From assembly GCA_002336805.1 (NCBI GenBank), contig DDEZ01000012.1:111054-175053 (forward strand): a DNA stretch of 64,000 nucleotides, read 5' to 3'. This stretch comes from Bacteroidetes bacterium UBA1941 (GTDB taxonomy: Bacteria; Bacteroidota; Bacteroidia; Chitinophagales; LD1). The first letter of the stretch is position 1. Every line of letters starts with the position of its first letter. Both the position numbers and the translations under genes were made by a program. Positions 18,124 to 28,008 of the stretch are shown piece by piece. Under the pieces are notes generated by a model that searched no databases, was not told the origin of the DNA, and saw only the letters and a list, made by a program, of their open reading frames with translations.

Positions 18124-19041
18124 TCAATCTGCTATCTGTAGATCGCTGTCCTCCACATCCAGGCTACCGGAGCGGTAGTAGAGATAGATAAAAAAGATGC
18201 TCACAGCAGTAAGGATATGCCAGAGGGCGTGCCCCTGCAGAAAGCTGTCAGGCTGACATACCATGCGCTGGCGATCCAGTACCCATACACTGCCTGCGGC
18301 AAACATGATGAGAAAAGCAGCATACATATACTTTGTAAAAAAGCCCGTACGATTGACGGCCAGGGTATAGTACATGCCGGTGATGATGATCATGAGCAAT
18401 AGGCCGGGTACCAGTGCATTGATATTGATGCGCCAGAGCCAGTTGAAGAAAGCGATATTGAGCAGGATCACGAGTACCTTGGCCCACTTGTGAGAGTCAC
18501 GCGCAGTGCCTCGGTGATTGAAGTACGGGAAGATCTTGTATAGGTTTAAAACCAATATCATAGCTATCACAGAGTAGAGGCCCGTCTGGTCCAGCTTTTG
18601 AAAAAAGGCTGTGAGCGAAGCATGATAAAAGAAACTGCCTATAAACAGATAGAAGCACGACACACCATACATGATCGAGAACATAGGATAGCGTACGAGG
18701 AAATTTTCCGAATCGCGGCGGTTGCTATTCTTATAGTCATGCACTCCTAATGTGAGAGCGAAGAGACCAACTGCGAGGTAGGCCAGATTGGACCATGTAT
18801 TTGCAGGCTGGCGTATGGCCTCGTCCATGTGGTTGGCCTCGCAAAAGTGAAAAGCATTGCCCCCGGCCACAGGCATGTGGCTCCAGACGTCAGTATGCCT
18901 ATAGGCATGATATGCCAGCATCAGGACCAGTGTGGTAAAAAGAAATACCATAGCAGGCAGGCGAAACGCCCTGCTGCGGAGCGACTCTATATAGAGGCGA
19001 TCACGCAATACTTCTACCCTGGCGGCGCTATACAGTCTCAT
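18124..19041 (-). CDS. Polytopic membrane protein, alkaline-ceramidase-like family
   Basis: About 7 hydrophobic segments. ANTWSNLAYLAVGLF and GHALWHILTA resemble the ceramidase/aPHC family signatures. Assignment is by motif memory only. Confidence 0.6.
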   Translation of the reverse strand: MRLYSAARVEVLRDRLYIESLRSRAFRLPAMVFLFTTLVLMLAYHAYRHTDVWSHMPVAGGNAFHFCEANHMDEAIRQPANTWSNLAYLAVGLFALTLGVHDYKNSNRRDSENFLVRYPMFSIMYGVSCFYLFIGSFFYHASLTAFFQKLDQTGLYSVIAMILVLNLYKIFPYFNHRGTARDSHKWAKVLVILLNIAFFNWLWRININALVPGLLLMIIITGMYYTLAVNRTGFFTKYMYAAFLIMFAAGSVWVLDRQRMVCQPDSFLQGHALWHILTAVSIFFIYLYYRSGSLDVEDSDLQIAD

Positions 19042-19087
19042 AATATCACTCTTTGTTTGAGTGTACGAATATAGCGCAGAATGGTTT

Positions 19088-19633
19088 TCAGTAGGTGATG
19101 ATAGATACGATATCCGGTGTGTACGCTGAAATTTTGCTCAGGCCGTCCAGAAAACCGAGCTCCACAATAAAGGCAAACCCGGCCACAGTGCCTCCCTCTG
19201 CCCTGACGAGCTCTGCCGCAGCTATAGCCGTGCCTCCAGTAGCCAGCACATCATCATGTACCAGTACATTCCAGCCGGGCTGTATCACTCCCTCATGTAT
19301 CTCCAGAGTAGCAGTGCCATACTCCAGTGTGTAGGTATAAGATTTTGTTTTGGCAGGCAGCTTTCCCTTCTTGCGCACGGGCACCAGAGGTATCTGCAGC
19401 TTATTGGCCAGGAGCATACCGATAAAGAATCCGCGGCTCTCTACCACACAGACGGCATCCGGTTTAGTCTTGAGCTGACGGATGATGTCAGTAGCTATAT
19501 CATCACATAGCTGCCAATCAAGGAATACGGGTGTAATATCCTTAAACAAAATGCCGGGCTTGGGGAAATCAGGCACATCACGTATAGCGGCATCCAGGCG
19601 AGCTGCCACGGGAGAAATCTCAGCTTGTATCAT
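19088..19633 (-). CDS. apt: Adenine phosphoribosyltransferase
   Basis: DFPKPGILFKDITP and the PRPP loop VLVHDDVLATGGT. I chose the ATG at 19633 (MIQAEIS...). Confidence 0.9.
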   Translation of the reverse strand: MIQAEISPVAARLDAAIRDVPDFPKPGILFKDITPVFLDWQLCDDIATDIIRQLKTKPDAVCVVESRGFFIGMLLANKLQIPLVPVRKKGKLPAKTKSYTYTLEYGTATLEIHEGVIQPGWNVLVHDDVLATGGTAIAAAELVRAEGGTVAGFAFIVELGFLDGLSKISAYTPDIVSIITY

Positions 19634-19738
19634 TTCCTCAAAATAAGGGTATAATACTGAAAGAGGGAAATGGCTTTTGCCCACATCATGTCTAAGCGAC
19701 AAGTGAATAAGTAGCTGAGTCGGGCCGAGTGTAAAACA

Positions 19739-19746
19739 TATATTTG
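19739..19746 (+). promoter_or_regulatory. -7 box TATATTTG immediately upstream of rnhA
   Basis: Exact TAnnTTTG that ends 6 nt before ATG 19753. Confidence 0.3.
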
Positions 19747-19752
19747 CCTGCG

Positions 19753-20208
19753 ATGACAGTAGAGATCTATACGGATGGCTCAGCCCGTGGCAATCCCGGC
19801 CCCGGCGGCTATGGCGCTATCCTGAAATACGGGCAGCATGAGCGCGAGCTATCTCAGGGCTACCACCTGACTACCAATAACCGTATGGAGCTACTAGCCA
19901 CTATAGTAGCGCTGGAGACGCTGACCAGAGATGGCCTGAATGTGATGATCTACAGCGACTCTAAATATGTAGTAGAAGCAGTAGAAAAAAAATGGGTCTT
20001 CGGCTGGGAGCAGAAAAACTATAAAGACAAGAAAAACCCTGATCTCTGGCAGCGGTTCCTGCGGGCATACCGGAGGCACCATGTGCGATTCACATGGATA
20101 AAGGGGCACAATAATCACCACTATAATGAGCGCTGTGACGTGCTGGCTACACGCGCCGCTGACTTTGGCCCCTGGCTGGAAGATACAGGGTTTAAAAGCT
20201 CTACCTGA
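19753..20208 (+). CDS. rnhA: Ribonuclease HI
   Basis: MTVEIYTDGSARGNPGPGGYG...NNRMEL...YSDSKYV...WIKGHNNHHYNERCDVLA. Confidence 0.93.
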   Translation: MTVEIYTDGSARGNPGPGGYGAILKYGQHERELSQGYHLTTNNRMELLATIVALETLTRDGLNVMIYSDSKYVVEAVEKKWVFGWEQKNYKDKKNPDLWQRFLRAYRRHHVRFTWIKGHNNHHYNERCDVLATRAADFGPWLEDTGFKSST

Positions 20209-20214
20209 TCCACC

Positions 20215-22371
20215 TTATTCAAAAAACCTCCATGCGCCTCCAAATTTGAAGGTGGCATCTGCCGCCGGATAGAGCGGCGAGGTGTAGTATCCCTTCTGCT
20301 TGCCAAAGAGGCTGGAAAGATTAGTTCCCATCAGGTAGACGCGTACGGTCTTTATCTTGACATTCAGGAAGACATCCATGATAGGATAAAACTTCAGCTC
20401 CAGGTCATTCTGCAGATAAAACTGCCCCGTGAGCGGATTGTATGCATTGCCTTTGAATGGCGTATAGTAGCGCAGGTCCACACCGAAGGCAAAAAGGAGC
20501 GCCTTCTTGAAAATATAGCGCTCATAGTACACACTCGTCTTGGTAGACACCAGTGGCAGCCGGATGACATCAGTGCCGGCCACCTTCTGAAACCAGACAT
20601 CATTGTCAAAGTGGAATCCTTTGATCCCAAACCTGTTTGAAAAAGACAGCACCAGCATATTGGCGGCGCGACTCTCATAGGTGGGAGTGACAGGATCAGA
20701 GAAGTAGAAGTAATTTTTCAGCACATAGTTATATGCCGAAACGCGTATGCCTATCTTGTCTACCACATACTCACCACCAAAGCGGAAAGTGCTTATACGC
20801 GGCAGCTCGTAGTAATAGCGGTAGTTCATGTTATCCAGATTGGCATCGAGGCGCAGGCCATTGCTCTGGGTAGTATGTATGCCGGTGATCGTATCTACCC
20901 TAAAACTATGATAGATCCAATCGGCATGCCGCAGCTGATAGCCAACTCCTGCTGTGATCCGGCCAAACTTCCTGAAATCTACTCCTACCTCTCCATTGGC
21001 TGTGAGGTCATTCTGATTGTACCCGGCCATGTAGTAGGTCACATTGGCTTTGTATAGCAAGCGGGAGTTGACGGCGGGATTACTTTTGAGATAGCCATCT
21101 ACATAGAGATTGGTAAACTTTGGCTTCTGGCCAAACTCATGCATGATGAAAACATCAAGATTGGCAGAAGCACCGATGATCAGGTTCAGCTCCTTGTACG
21201 TAGAGTCAGAGGTCAGCTTCTTGGCGGTATAGTCCAGGCCAAAACGGTTTCCGGCCTTGAGATAGCCGCTGGTATAGCGCATAGTATCTCCCATACGTAG
21301 ATATGGGTAATAGGCTGAGTCGCCTTTGAGGTCAAAATACTGGTAACGGTTGTAGTCCAGATTAAACTGATAGGAGACCTTGAATACAGGCAGCACCACC
21401 CGCTCTACTGTCGTATCATTGATCCGCTCATTATATTTTTTGCCTATACCATAGGTACCCTTGAGGTACCAGCTGATCTCCCGGTACTGCAGCCCTGCAT
21501 ATTGCAGATTGATAGGTGCCAGGCTTTTCTGGAAGAGGGCTGAGTCCTTAAAGAAAATATCACGCGCCAAGCCTCCGTTTTCCTGCACGAGGTAGGCATT
21601 GTATATCAGATCGCTCTCCAAGCCCCACTGATGGTTCTTTGAGTTGTAGATCCCGTAAAGTGTAAAACCATTATCTATTGCACGCTGCCTATTGTACTGG
21701 CCGGGTGAATTGATCCGCCTAAACTCGACTCCGTACATCAATCCATTCTTGTGGCTATTGGCAAAGCGCCCTTTGAAGAGTTGATCCTTATTGATGCCCA
21801 GAGAATAGAATATCTCCGCATACGGGCGGATCACCTGGTAGTAGCGGATGGAGTCGCGCTGATAGCGATAGGCGTCAAACTGGTGAAAGCCCATATTAAA
21901 TCCTACAGAAGGAGCCGGACTGAATACCAGCGGATAGGCTTCGGTACCCATATTACCCAGATGGAAATACTCAGGTCCATCGCCACGCACTACATCGAAG
22001 CGATGCATCTGGAAAATGGATGAATCTATGAGGAAGCGGCGGTTGGGCTCAGAGGCGTAGTACCAGGTATCGTTTAGCGTGGAGCGCTTCTTCTGGCCCG
22101 GGACTACCGCGGCAGCGGCCCTGCCACTATCCGGCGCTACCACTACTGTGTCGAGCCTGGAGCGGCTGCGCCTGACCCTGCTGCTATCTATATGAGAGAC
22201 AGTAGTATCCTGATGATACGGCGTATATGCGGGCACTACCGGCGCACGCTGGGGCAGGGTATCTATCACAGGCCTCGTGCTATCTGCCATACCCTGTGCA
22301 TGCGCACTGCCAGCCCACAGAGCGGCTATGAGGCACAGTATAAATGCGATATGGGAGAAGCGTGGATTCAA
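20215..22371 (-). CDS. Large outer-membrane beta-barrel protein (putative-porin family; tentative)
   Basis: Signal MNPRFSHIAFILCLIAALWAGSAHAQ. 718 aa, Y/F/G-rich with alternating beta-strand pattern, ending ...GGAWRFFE. Confidence 0.6.
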   Translation of the reverse strand: MNPRFSHIAFILCLIAALWAGSAHAQGMADSTRPVIDTLPQRAPVVPAYTPYHQDTTVSHIDSSRVRRSRSRLDTVVVAPDSGRAAAAVVPGQKKRSTLNDTWYYASEPNRRFLIDSSIFQMHRFDVVRGDGPEYFHLGNMGTEAYPLVFSPAPSVGFNMGFHQFDAYRYQRDSIRYYQVIRPYAEIFYSLGINKDQLFKGRFANSHKNGLMYGVEFRRINSPGQYNRQRAIDNGFTLYGIYNSKNHQWGLESDLIYNAYLVQENGGLARDIFFKDSALFQKSLAPINLQYAGLQYREISWYLKGTYGIGKKYNERINDTTVERVVLPVFKVSYQFNLDYNRYQYFDLKGDSAYYPYLRMGDTMRYTSGYLKAGNRFGLDYTAKKLTSDSTYKELNLIIGASANLDVFIMHEFGQKPKFTNLYVDGYLKSNPAVNSRLLYKANVTYYMAGYNQNDLTANGEVGVDFRKFGRITAGVGYQLRHADWIYHSFRVDTITGIHTTQSNGLRLDANLDNMNYRYYYELPRISTFRFGGEYVVDKIGIRVSAYNYVLKNYFYFSDPVTPTYESRAANMLVLSFSNRFGIKGFHFDNDVWFQKVAGTDVIRLPLVSTKTSVYYERYIFKKALLFAFGVDLRYYTPFKGNAYNPLTGQFYLQNDLELKFYPIMDVFLNVKIKTVRVYLMGTNLSSLFGKQKGYYTSPLYPAADATFKFGGAWRFFE

Positions 22372-22415
22372 AAAGCAGTCACCATTTGGCTGGGTACGAA
22401 TGTAGCAAATGTCAT

Positions 22416-22799
22416 CTATAGGCTGAGTATGGCTGTGACCTCTATCTCTATGAGCAGGCGAGGGTCTATGAAGCCTTTGACCTCTATCATAGAGGCCGCC
22501 GGCCTGACCGCTGCAAAAAACTCTGCATGAGCCCTCCCTACCAGATCAGACTGAGAGATGTCTGTGACGTACATCTGCGTGCGCACCACATCTGCCATAC
22601 TACCTCCGGCCTCCGTGAGCGCCAGCTCTATCTTGCGGAGTATAAACATCGTTTGCTCGTAAATATTGCCCTCTCCTACCACCTGGTCTCCATCTACCGC
22701 TGTGGTGCCTGCCACCTCTATTATATTGCCCACCCTGACGGCACGGGAGTAGCCAAAGCGGTCTTCCCATACAGTACCGGAGGAGATATTGCGGCGCAT
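22416..22799 (-). CDS. RidA/YjgF-family protein
   Basis: 127 aa. ...FGYSRAVRVGNIIEVAGTTAVD...VVRTQMYVTD...IEIEVTA, typical of the RidA fold family. Confidence 0.85.
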   Translation of the reverse strand: MRRNISSGTVWEDRFGYSRAVRVGNIIEVAGTTAVDGDQVVGEGNIYEQTMFILRKIELALTEAGGSMADVVRTQMYVTDISQSDLVGRAHAEFFAAVRPAASMIEVKGFIDPRLLIEIEVTAILSL

Positions 22800-22802
22800 A
22801 TT

Positions 22803-23627
22803 TTAGATTTTTTTGAGAAGCTCGACGATCACTTTGGTCATCTTGGGCTCAGCGGCAGAGGCCTTCTCCAGTACAAAGGCGTGTGATACATGGTCAGCCT
22901 TGTCAAAAGGATAGCCAATATCACTGATCACTGAGATGGCAAAACACCTCATATCCATATGACGCGCTACCACTACCTCCGGCGTAGTACTCATGCCTAC
23001 TGCATCACCACCTATCAGTGCAAAGTATTTGTACTCTGACGGCGTCTCAAAGGTAGGCCCCTGCACTCCTACATATACGCCGGTGTGACAGGCTATGTCA
23101 TTCTCCTGTGCGATGGCCATACCCATCTGCACCAGTGCCGGATCATAGGCATCATTCATATTAGGGAAGCGTGGGCCGAGTTGCTCGTTATTGCGGCCGC
23201 GCAGCGGGTGCTCGGGCTGCAGGTAGATGTGATCGCGCAGTATCATCAGGTCTCCTACTTCAAAATTGCCATTGACACCACCGGATGCATTAGATATCAG
23301 GAGCGTGTGTACGCCTATAAATTTCATGACGCGGATCGGGAAAGTCACCTCTTGCATAGAGTATCCCTCATAGTAGTGGAAGCGGCCGCTCATGCAGACC
23401 ACATTTTTGCCGCCCAGGGAGCCGAATATAAGGCTACCCTTGTGCCCCTCTACTGTAGATACCGGAAAGCCCGGTATATCACTATACGATATCTGATGGT
23501 GTACCTCCATCTGGGCGGTGAGATTGCCCAGGCCGCTGCCCAGTATCACTCCGTAGCCGTATTCTCCTGTCACTTTTGATTTCAGATAGTCTGCACTTGC
23601 AGTAATCTTGCCGATCAGATCGCTCAT
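22803..23627 (-). CDS. Purine nucleoside phosphorylase (trimeric PNP family)
   Basis: ILGSGLG...GRFHYYEGY...SNASGG...GPTFETPSE...GMSTTPEV. Confidence 0.9.
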   Translation of the reverse strand: MSDLIGKITASADYLKSKVTGEYGYGVILGSGLGNLTAQMEVHHQISYSDIPGFPVSTVEGHKGSLIFGSLGGKNVVCMSGRFHYYEGYSMQEVTFPIRVMKFIGVHTLLISNASGGVNGNFEVGDLMILRDHIYLQPEHPLRGRNNEQLGPRFPNMNDAYDPALVQMGMAIAQENDIACHTGVYVGVQGPTFETPSEYKYFALIGGDAVGMSTTPEVVVARHMDMRCFAISVISDIGYPFDKADHVSHAFVLEKASAAEPKMTKVIVELLKKI

Positions 23628-24737
23628 CTATGCTATTGTATGGTTTATTTGTTGATCAATGTTCTTGCCACGGGTGATCTCTATGTACCTGATGATGTCG
23701 GCGTCAAAGCTCGCTGCATCATCACCCGCAAAGGCGACCCGTATAGGCTGCACAAATATTGGGATATTATTTTCCAAAAACCAAGAGCGGAATGGCCACA
23801 GCCTTACTGCATCCTTTTCGGTTGTAATGATGACTTTGCGGTCCGACTGGATATTGCGATACGTATCACGTATGCGCTCGAGGTCATACACGTCATATGT
23901 ATGGTGATCCTTGAAGGTACTGAGGTATACCTTGCCGGCAATCTGCTCCAGGTGATGGGCTAGTTTCTCATGGCTGGCTATGCCCGTGACGAGGACTACG
24001 TCCTGCTGGCGTAGATCCACCGGCACCTGCATCTGCTCCGTGCGGAATAAGGGATAGAGAGGCCCATACTCTATATAGGAGAAATAGACATGCTGATATG
24101 CAAAAGGACTGATCTCTGAAATGATACGCTGGCGGTCTGCTGCGGTGATGGAGGGCGGACACTTGGTCACTATGATGATATCTGCCCTATGATAGTGCGA
24201 CCTCCCCTCACGTAGCCAGCCCTGCGGCAGCGGATGGTCACGCCAGAAGGGGGCATCATACTCAGTGAGCAATACTGATAGTCCCGGCCTGATGCGCCTG
24301 TGCTGATAGGCATCATCCAGTAGGATCACATCCAGTGCCGGGTGTGCTGCCACCATACGGGGTATGCCTATGACACGCTCCTCTGCCACGGTCACCAGCA
24401 CATCGGGATGCTTGACATGAAAAAGCATAGGCTCATCTCCCACTGCTGCTGCTGTAGCCGCTTGATCCGCTATGAGAAAACCGTGCGACTTGCGTCCATA
24501 GCCTCTGCTCAGGGTACCTATCTGGTAGCGATACTTCAGCAGTTGGATCAGGTACTCTATATGTGGGGATTTGCCTGTGCCACCTACTGACATATTGCCT
24601 ACTGCTATGACCGGCAGCTCAAAGGAGGCTGCCTTGAGTATCTTGCTATCAAAAAGATAGTTTCTGAGATCAGTGATGAGCTGATACAGGCGCGCCAGGG
24701 GCCAGAGGAGGATATGAGATAGACGGCTGATAGGTAT
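23628..24737 (-). CDS. lpxK: Tetraacyldisaccharide 4'-kinase
   Basis: P-loop VGNMSVGGTGKSP. A conserved N-terminal helix (SRLSHILLWPLARLYQLITDLRNYLFDSKILKAASFELPVIAVGN) is encoded upstream of the only canonical start (ATG 24593). The frame is closed by TAA at 24741-24743, and no ATG, GTG or TTG lies in frame between (see findings). Confidence 0.85.
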   Translation of the reverse strand: MPISRLSHILLWPLARLYQLITDLRNYLFDSKILKAASFELPVIAVGNMSVGGTGKSPHIEYLIQLLKYRYQIGTLSRGYGRKSHGFLIADQAATAAAVGDEPMLFHVKHPDVLVTVAEERVIGIPRMVAAHPALDVILLDDAYQHRRIRPGLSVLLTEYDAPFWRDHPLPQGWLREGRSHYHRADIIIVTKCPPSITAADRQRIISEISPFAYQHVYFSYIEYGPLYPLFRTEQMQVPVDLRQQDVVLVTGIASHEKLAHHLEQIAGKVYLSTFKDHHTYDVYDLERIRDTYRNIQSDRKVIITTEKDAVRLWPFRSWFLENNIPIFVQPIRVAFAGDDAASFDADIIRYIEITRGKNIDQQINHTIA

Positions 24738-24808
24738 GTCTTAGCTGGTCAAATCTATAATAAACTGCGCCAAAGTACCTCGCTGCCGACTTTTACAGAG
24801 ATGTGCAT

Positions 24809-24816
24809 TATTTTTG
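24809..24816 (+). promoter_or_regulatory. -7 box TATTTTTG upstream of thyA
   Basis: TAnnTTTG match 49 nt before GTG 24865. Confidence 0.3.
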
Positions 24817-24864
24817 GACGGTCATAGGACCTGATTTGGGTACTTTGGTCAAAAATAATCACTC

Positions 24865-25773
24865 GTGCAGCAGTATCTCGATCTCCTCCGCCGTATCATG
24901 GACAAGGGCGTCTATAAATCTGACCGTACCGGCACAGGTACGTACAGCTGTTTTGGCGATCAGATACGGTTTGACCTGTCGGAGGGCTTCCCCCTGGTCA
25001 CTACCAAGAAGATCTATACCAAGGCTGTGATACATGAGCTGCTGTGGTTTCTGAAGGGCGAGTCAAACATTCGCTACCTGTGCCAGCATGGCGTCAGGAT
25101 CTGGGATGACTGGCCATACGCCAAATACAAAGCCAGCAGTGAATTCGGCGGAGAGAATATCAAGGAATTTGCAGCCAAAGTAGCTGCTGACGAAAGCTTT
25201 GCTGCAAGGTGGGGTGAGCTGGGCCCGGTATATGGTGTGCAGTGGCGCTCCTGGCCGGCCGGAGATGGCCGTACTATAGACCAGATCACTCAGCTGATAG
25301 AGCAGATCAAAAAAAATCCGGACTCACGCCGGCTCATCATCAGTGCATGGAATGTGCCCTATATAGACCAGATGGCACTTCCACCATGCCATACTATGTT
25401 TCAGTTTTACGTAGCGCCGCCGGACGCTGCAAAAGGTGAAACAAAAGGCAAACTAAGCTGCCAGCTGTATCAGCGCAGCGCAGACGTATTCCTGGGTGTA
25501 CCCTTTAATATAGCCTCCTATGCTCTGCTCACCATGATGATAGCGCAGGTATGTGACCTGGGCGTGGGCGATTTCGTTCACACCTTTGGAGATGTGCACC
25601 TGTATAGCAATCATGTGGAGCAGGCCAAGCTGCAGCTCTCACGCAGTACCCGTCCCCTGCCTCAGATGAAACTCAATACTGCAGTCAGCAATATCTTCGA
25701 TTTCAAATACGATGACTTTGAGCTGGTGAACTATGACCCGCACCCTACCATAGCAGCAGAGGTGGCGGTATAA
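24865..25773 (+). CDS. thyA: Thymidylate synthase (ThyA type, long form with an insert)
   Basis: GTG start giving [15 protein letters not shown]. Motifs [20 protein letters not shown] (catalytic Cys), [21 protein letters not shown]. Confidence 0.95.
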   Translation: MQQYLDLLRRIMDKGVYKSDRTGTGTYSCFGDQIRFDLSEGFPLVTTKKIYTKAVIHELLWFLKGESNIRYLCQHGVRIWDDWPYAKYKASSEFGGENIKEFAAKVAADESFAARWGELGPVYGVQWRSWPAGDGRTIDQITQLIEQIKKNPDSRRLIISAWNVPYIDQMALPPCHTMFQFYVAPPDAAKGETKGKLSCQLYQRSADVFLGVPFNIASYALLTMMIAQVCDLGVGDFVHTFGDVHLYSNHVEQAKLQLSRSTRPLPQMKLNTAVSNIFDFKYDDFELVNYDPHPTIAAEVAV

Positions 25774-25797
25774 CATCCCAATGGCGACCCACCTCTC

Positions 25798-27297
25798 CTA
25801 TCGGGAGATGGATATGTGTGTCGTATAGATCTTGCCTTTTGATTCGGCCTTCAGTATATAAATCCCTTCTGCCAGACGGGATACATTGATGCTTCCCTCT
25901 TCCACGGCATAGCGCTCTATTACGCGGCCGCTCAGGTCAGAGACAGTGACGACTGCATCGCTCAAAGACTGGCCACCAGCAGCTATATGAAGCACCGATG
26001 ATGCGGGTACGGGATATAACTGCAGTTCGTCCACTGCTATATCACTGATACCTACCGCGTAGGTTACCCTCACTGAGTCCGAGATCGTGCAGCCATTGGC
26101 ATCTGTCACTACTACTGTGTAGCTATCAGCTGTGAGGCCGGTGGCTATGGCTGTAGTCTGCCCCGATGGCGTCCATAGATAGGTGAAAGGGCTAGTGCCG
26201 CCATTGACTATAGCCGTGGCTGTACCTGTATTGACGATGGTGGTAGTAGATGACAAAGACAATACTAGTGCAGGTGGCTGGCTGACCTGCGTAGTGGCAG
26301 ATATGGTGCAGCCATTGGCGTCTGTCACTGTGACCGAGTAGGTGCCTGCGGGGAGCGCAGATGCGAGCTGAGTATGCTGTACCGGCGTGGTGCTCCATGC
26401 ATAGACATATGCCGGTGTGCCTCCGCGCGGATAGATGGCAGCATGGCCAGATGGACTACCAAAACAAGAAGCATTGGCATGCGTGAGAGAGTCCAGCAGC
26501 AGCTGAAACTGCGGCGCCAGAACGGTATCTGTGAGTGTGGCGGTAGCGCCCAGCGAATCTGTGACAGTGACAGTATATATGCCGGGTGCCAGATGTGATA
26601 TAGACAGCGTGCTATCTCCTGTACTCCACGCATAGCTGTATGGCGGCGTAGCGCCGCTGGCAGAGACTGCGATAGCACCTGTGCTATCGCCGCGGCAGCT
26701 ATCATTGACCACTACGGAATGTAATACAGGAGGGGTGAGGAAGGTATCCCTCACTGCAAAGGAGTCCATCTGCAGCAGCCAGCTATTGCCGGTCGTATTA
26801 TAGGTCACGATCCGAAATTTGCCCGGTATACCATTGGCAAATGCCGGTGCAGGCACCACCACCTTGATATAGTTGCTATCTGCATTCTGATGAGAGCTAT
26901 TGATAGTATATTGTAGAAAGGGAAACAAAAATCCGGTATCAGCCACATATATCTCCGCCCGGTCACTGCTGGTCAGGATATATCTCGTAGCGACTCCACC
27001 CACGTATTTGATCACACGAAAGTAAAAGCTGGCAGCAGTGTGAAGGGTCAATGGGCCTATGGCCGGACTGGTAATAGTGTCATTGCCTGCTGCGTTCATT
27101 TGAACTTCGGCACAGTTGCCCGCCATGCCATGTGGCGTGACCAGCACGTGCGAGGTGGCCCTGAGGCCTCCGTTGCCATTGAGCGGCTGGCCGGCAGTAT
27201 ATGTATCAAAAGCATCATAATAAGGGAATACCTGCGCCGTAGCCGTAGCAGACCAGCATATAAGGGCAACAAATAGCGGAATAAATATCTTTCTCAT
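25798..27297 (-). CDS. T9SS-sorted secreted protein with three SprB-type repeats
   Basis: Signal MRKIFIPLFVALICWSATATAQ. There are three repeats of about 75 aa (C.G...G.....GGT.PY.Y.W...........L..G.Y.V.VTD..GC). The C-terminal sorting domain is LQLYPVPASSVLHI...EGIYILKAES. Confidence 0.8.
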   Translation of the reverse strand: MRKIFIPLFVALICWSATATAQVFPYYDAFDTYTAGQPLNGNGGLRATSHVLVTPHGMAGNCAEVQMNAAGNDTITSPAIGPLTLHTAASFYFRVIKYVGGVATRYILTSSDRAEIYVADTGFLFPFLQYTINSSHQNADSNYIKVVVPAPAFANGIPGKFRIVTYNTTGNSWLLQMDSFAVRDTFLTPPVLHSVVVNDSCRGDSTGAIAVSASGATPPYSYAWSTGDSTLSISHLAPGIYTVTVTDSLGATATLTDTVLAPQFQLLLDSLTHANASCFGSPSGHAAIYPRGGTPAYVYAWSTTPVQHTQLASALPAGTYSVTVTDANGCTISATTQVSQPPALVLSLSSTTTIVNTGTATAIVNGGTSPFTYLWTPSGQTTAIATGLTADSYTVVVTDANGCTISDSVRVTYAVGISDIAVDELQLYPVPASSVLHIAAGGQSLSDAVVTVSDLSGRVIERYAVEEGSINVSRLAEGIYILKAESKGKIYTTHISISR

Positions 27298-27331
27298 AAT
27301 GGGGGTTTGTATGATAGATAGACAGGTCAGT

Positions 27332-27916
27332 TTACCTGATCTCAAAATGGGAATAAACTTTTTTGACATAATCGGTCAGGGCCGAAGAGCGCTCTACATC
27401 ATAGCCGGGATCCTTGTACTGGAATGTAACTGCCAGGATATAGGTCTCGTCCGTCTTGTCCGAATACACGATCAGAAAGTACCTGCTGTAATTGCTCACT
27501 TTGCTACGGCGGTAGTAGCGCGTGTGTAGCAGGGTGCCTATCAGGCCACCCTGTATAGCAGCAGAGCTTGTGTCAAAATTGTATCCCGGCTCAGTGACCC
27601 TGTCATAAAAGCTGGAAAACTCAAGGGTACTCTGCTCGAGTGCCTGTGCCTCCTTGTGCCCACTGAGATGAGAGATGGTATAGAAGCCGTACATAGGAGC
27701 ACCATTCACTGTAGCGGGCAGGCCTACACCTGTGAAATCAAACTTGTAATCTGTGCCTGAGCCCTCAGGTATTGATACACGCTTGTAGGCATCAGGTATG
27801 TTGATGATATACTTATTGGCTTCTACCTTCTGTATGGCACTCCATATATCCTGGGCCAGGCAGCCTGCCACGGCACCGATAGTGAGGAATGTAGTCAGAA
27901 GTACATTTCTTTTCAT
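27332..27916 (-). CDS. Hypothetical secreted protein (194 aa)
   Basis: Signal MKRNVLLTTFLTIGAVAGCLAQ. I recognise no family. Confidence 0.6.
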   Translation of the reverse strand: MKRNVLLTTFLTIGAVAGCLAQDIWSAIQKVEANKYIINIPDAYKRVSIPEGSGTDYKFDFTGVGLPATVNGAPMYGFYTISHLSGHKEAQALEQSTLEFSSFYDRVTEPGYNFDTSSAAIQGGLIGTLLHTRYYRRSKVSNYSRYFLIVYSDKTDETYILAVTFQYKDPGYDVERSSALTDYVKKVYSHFEIR

Positions 27917-28008
27917 TTGCTTGCTGTTTCACTTTACACCTAAACAATGATGCCAATACCAGGCATCCGGCCATAATATATGTTAAGCCGCCTGCTTAAA
28001 GATAGTGA

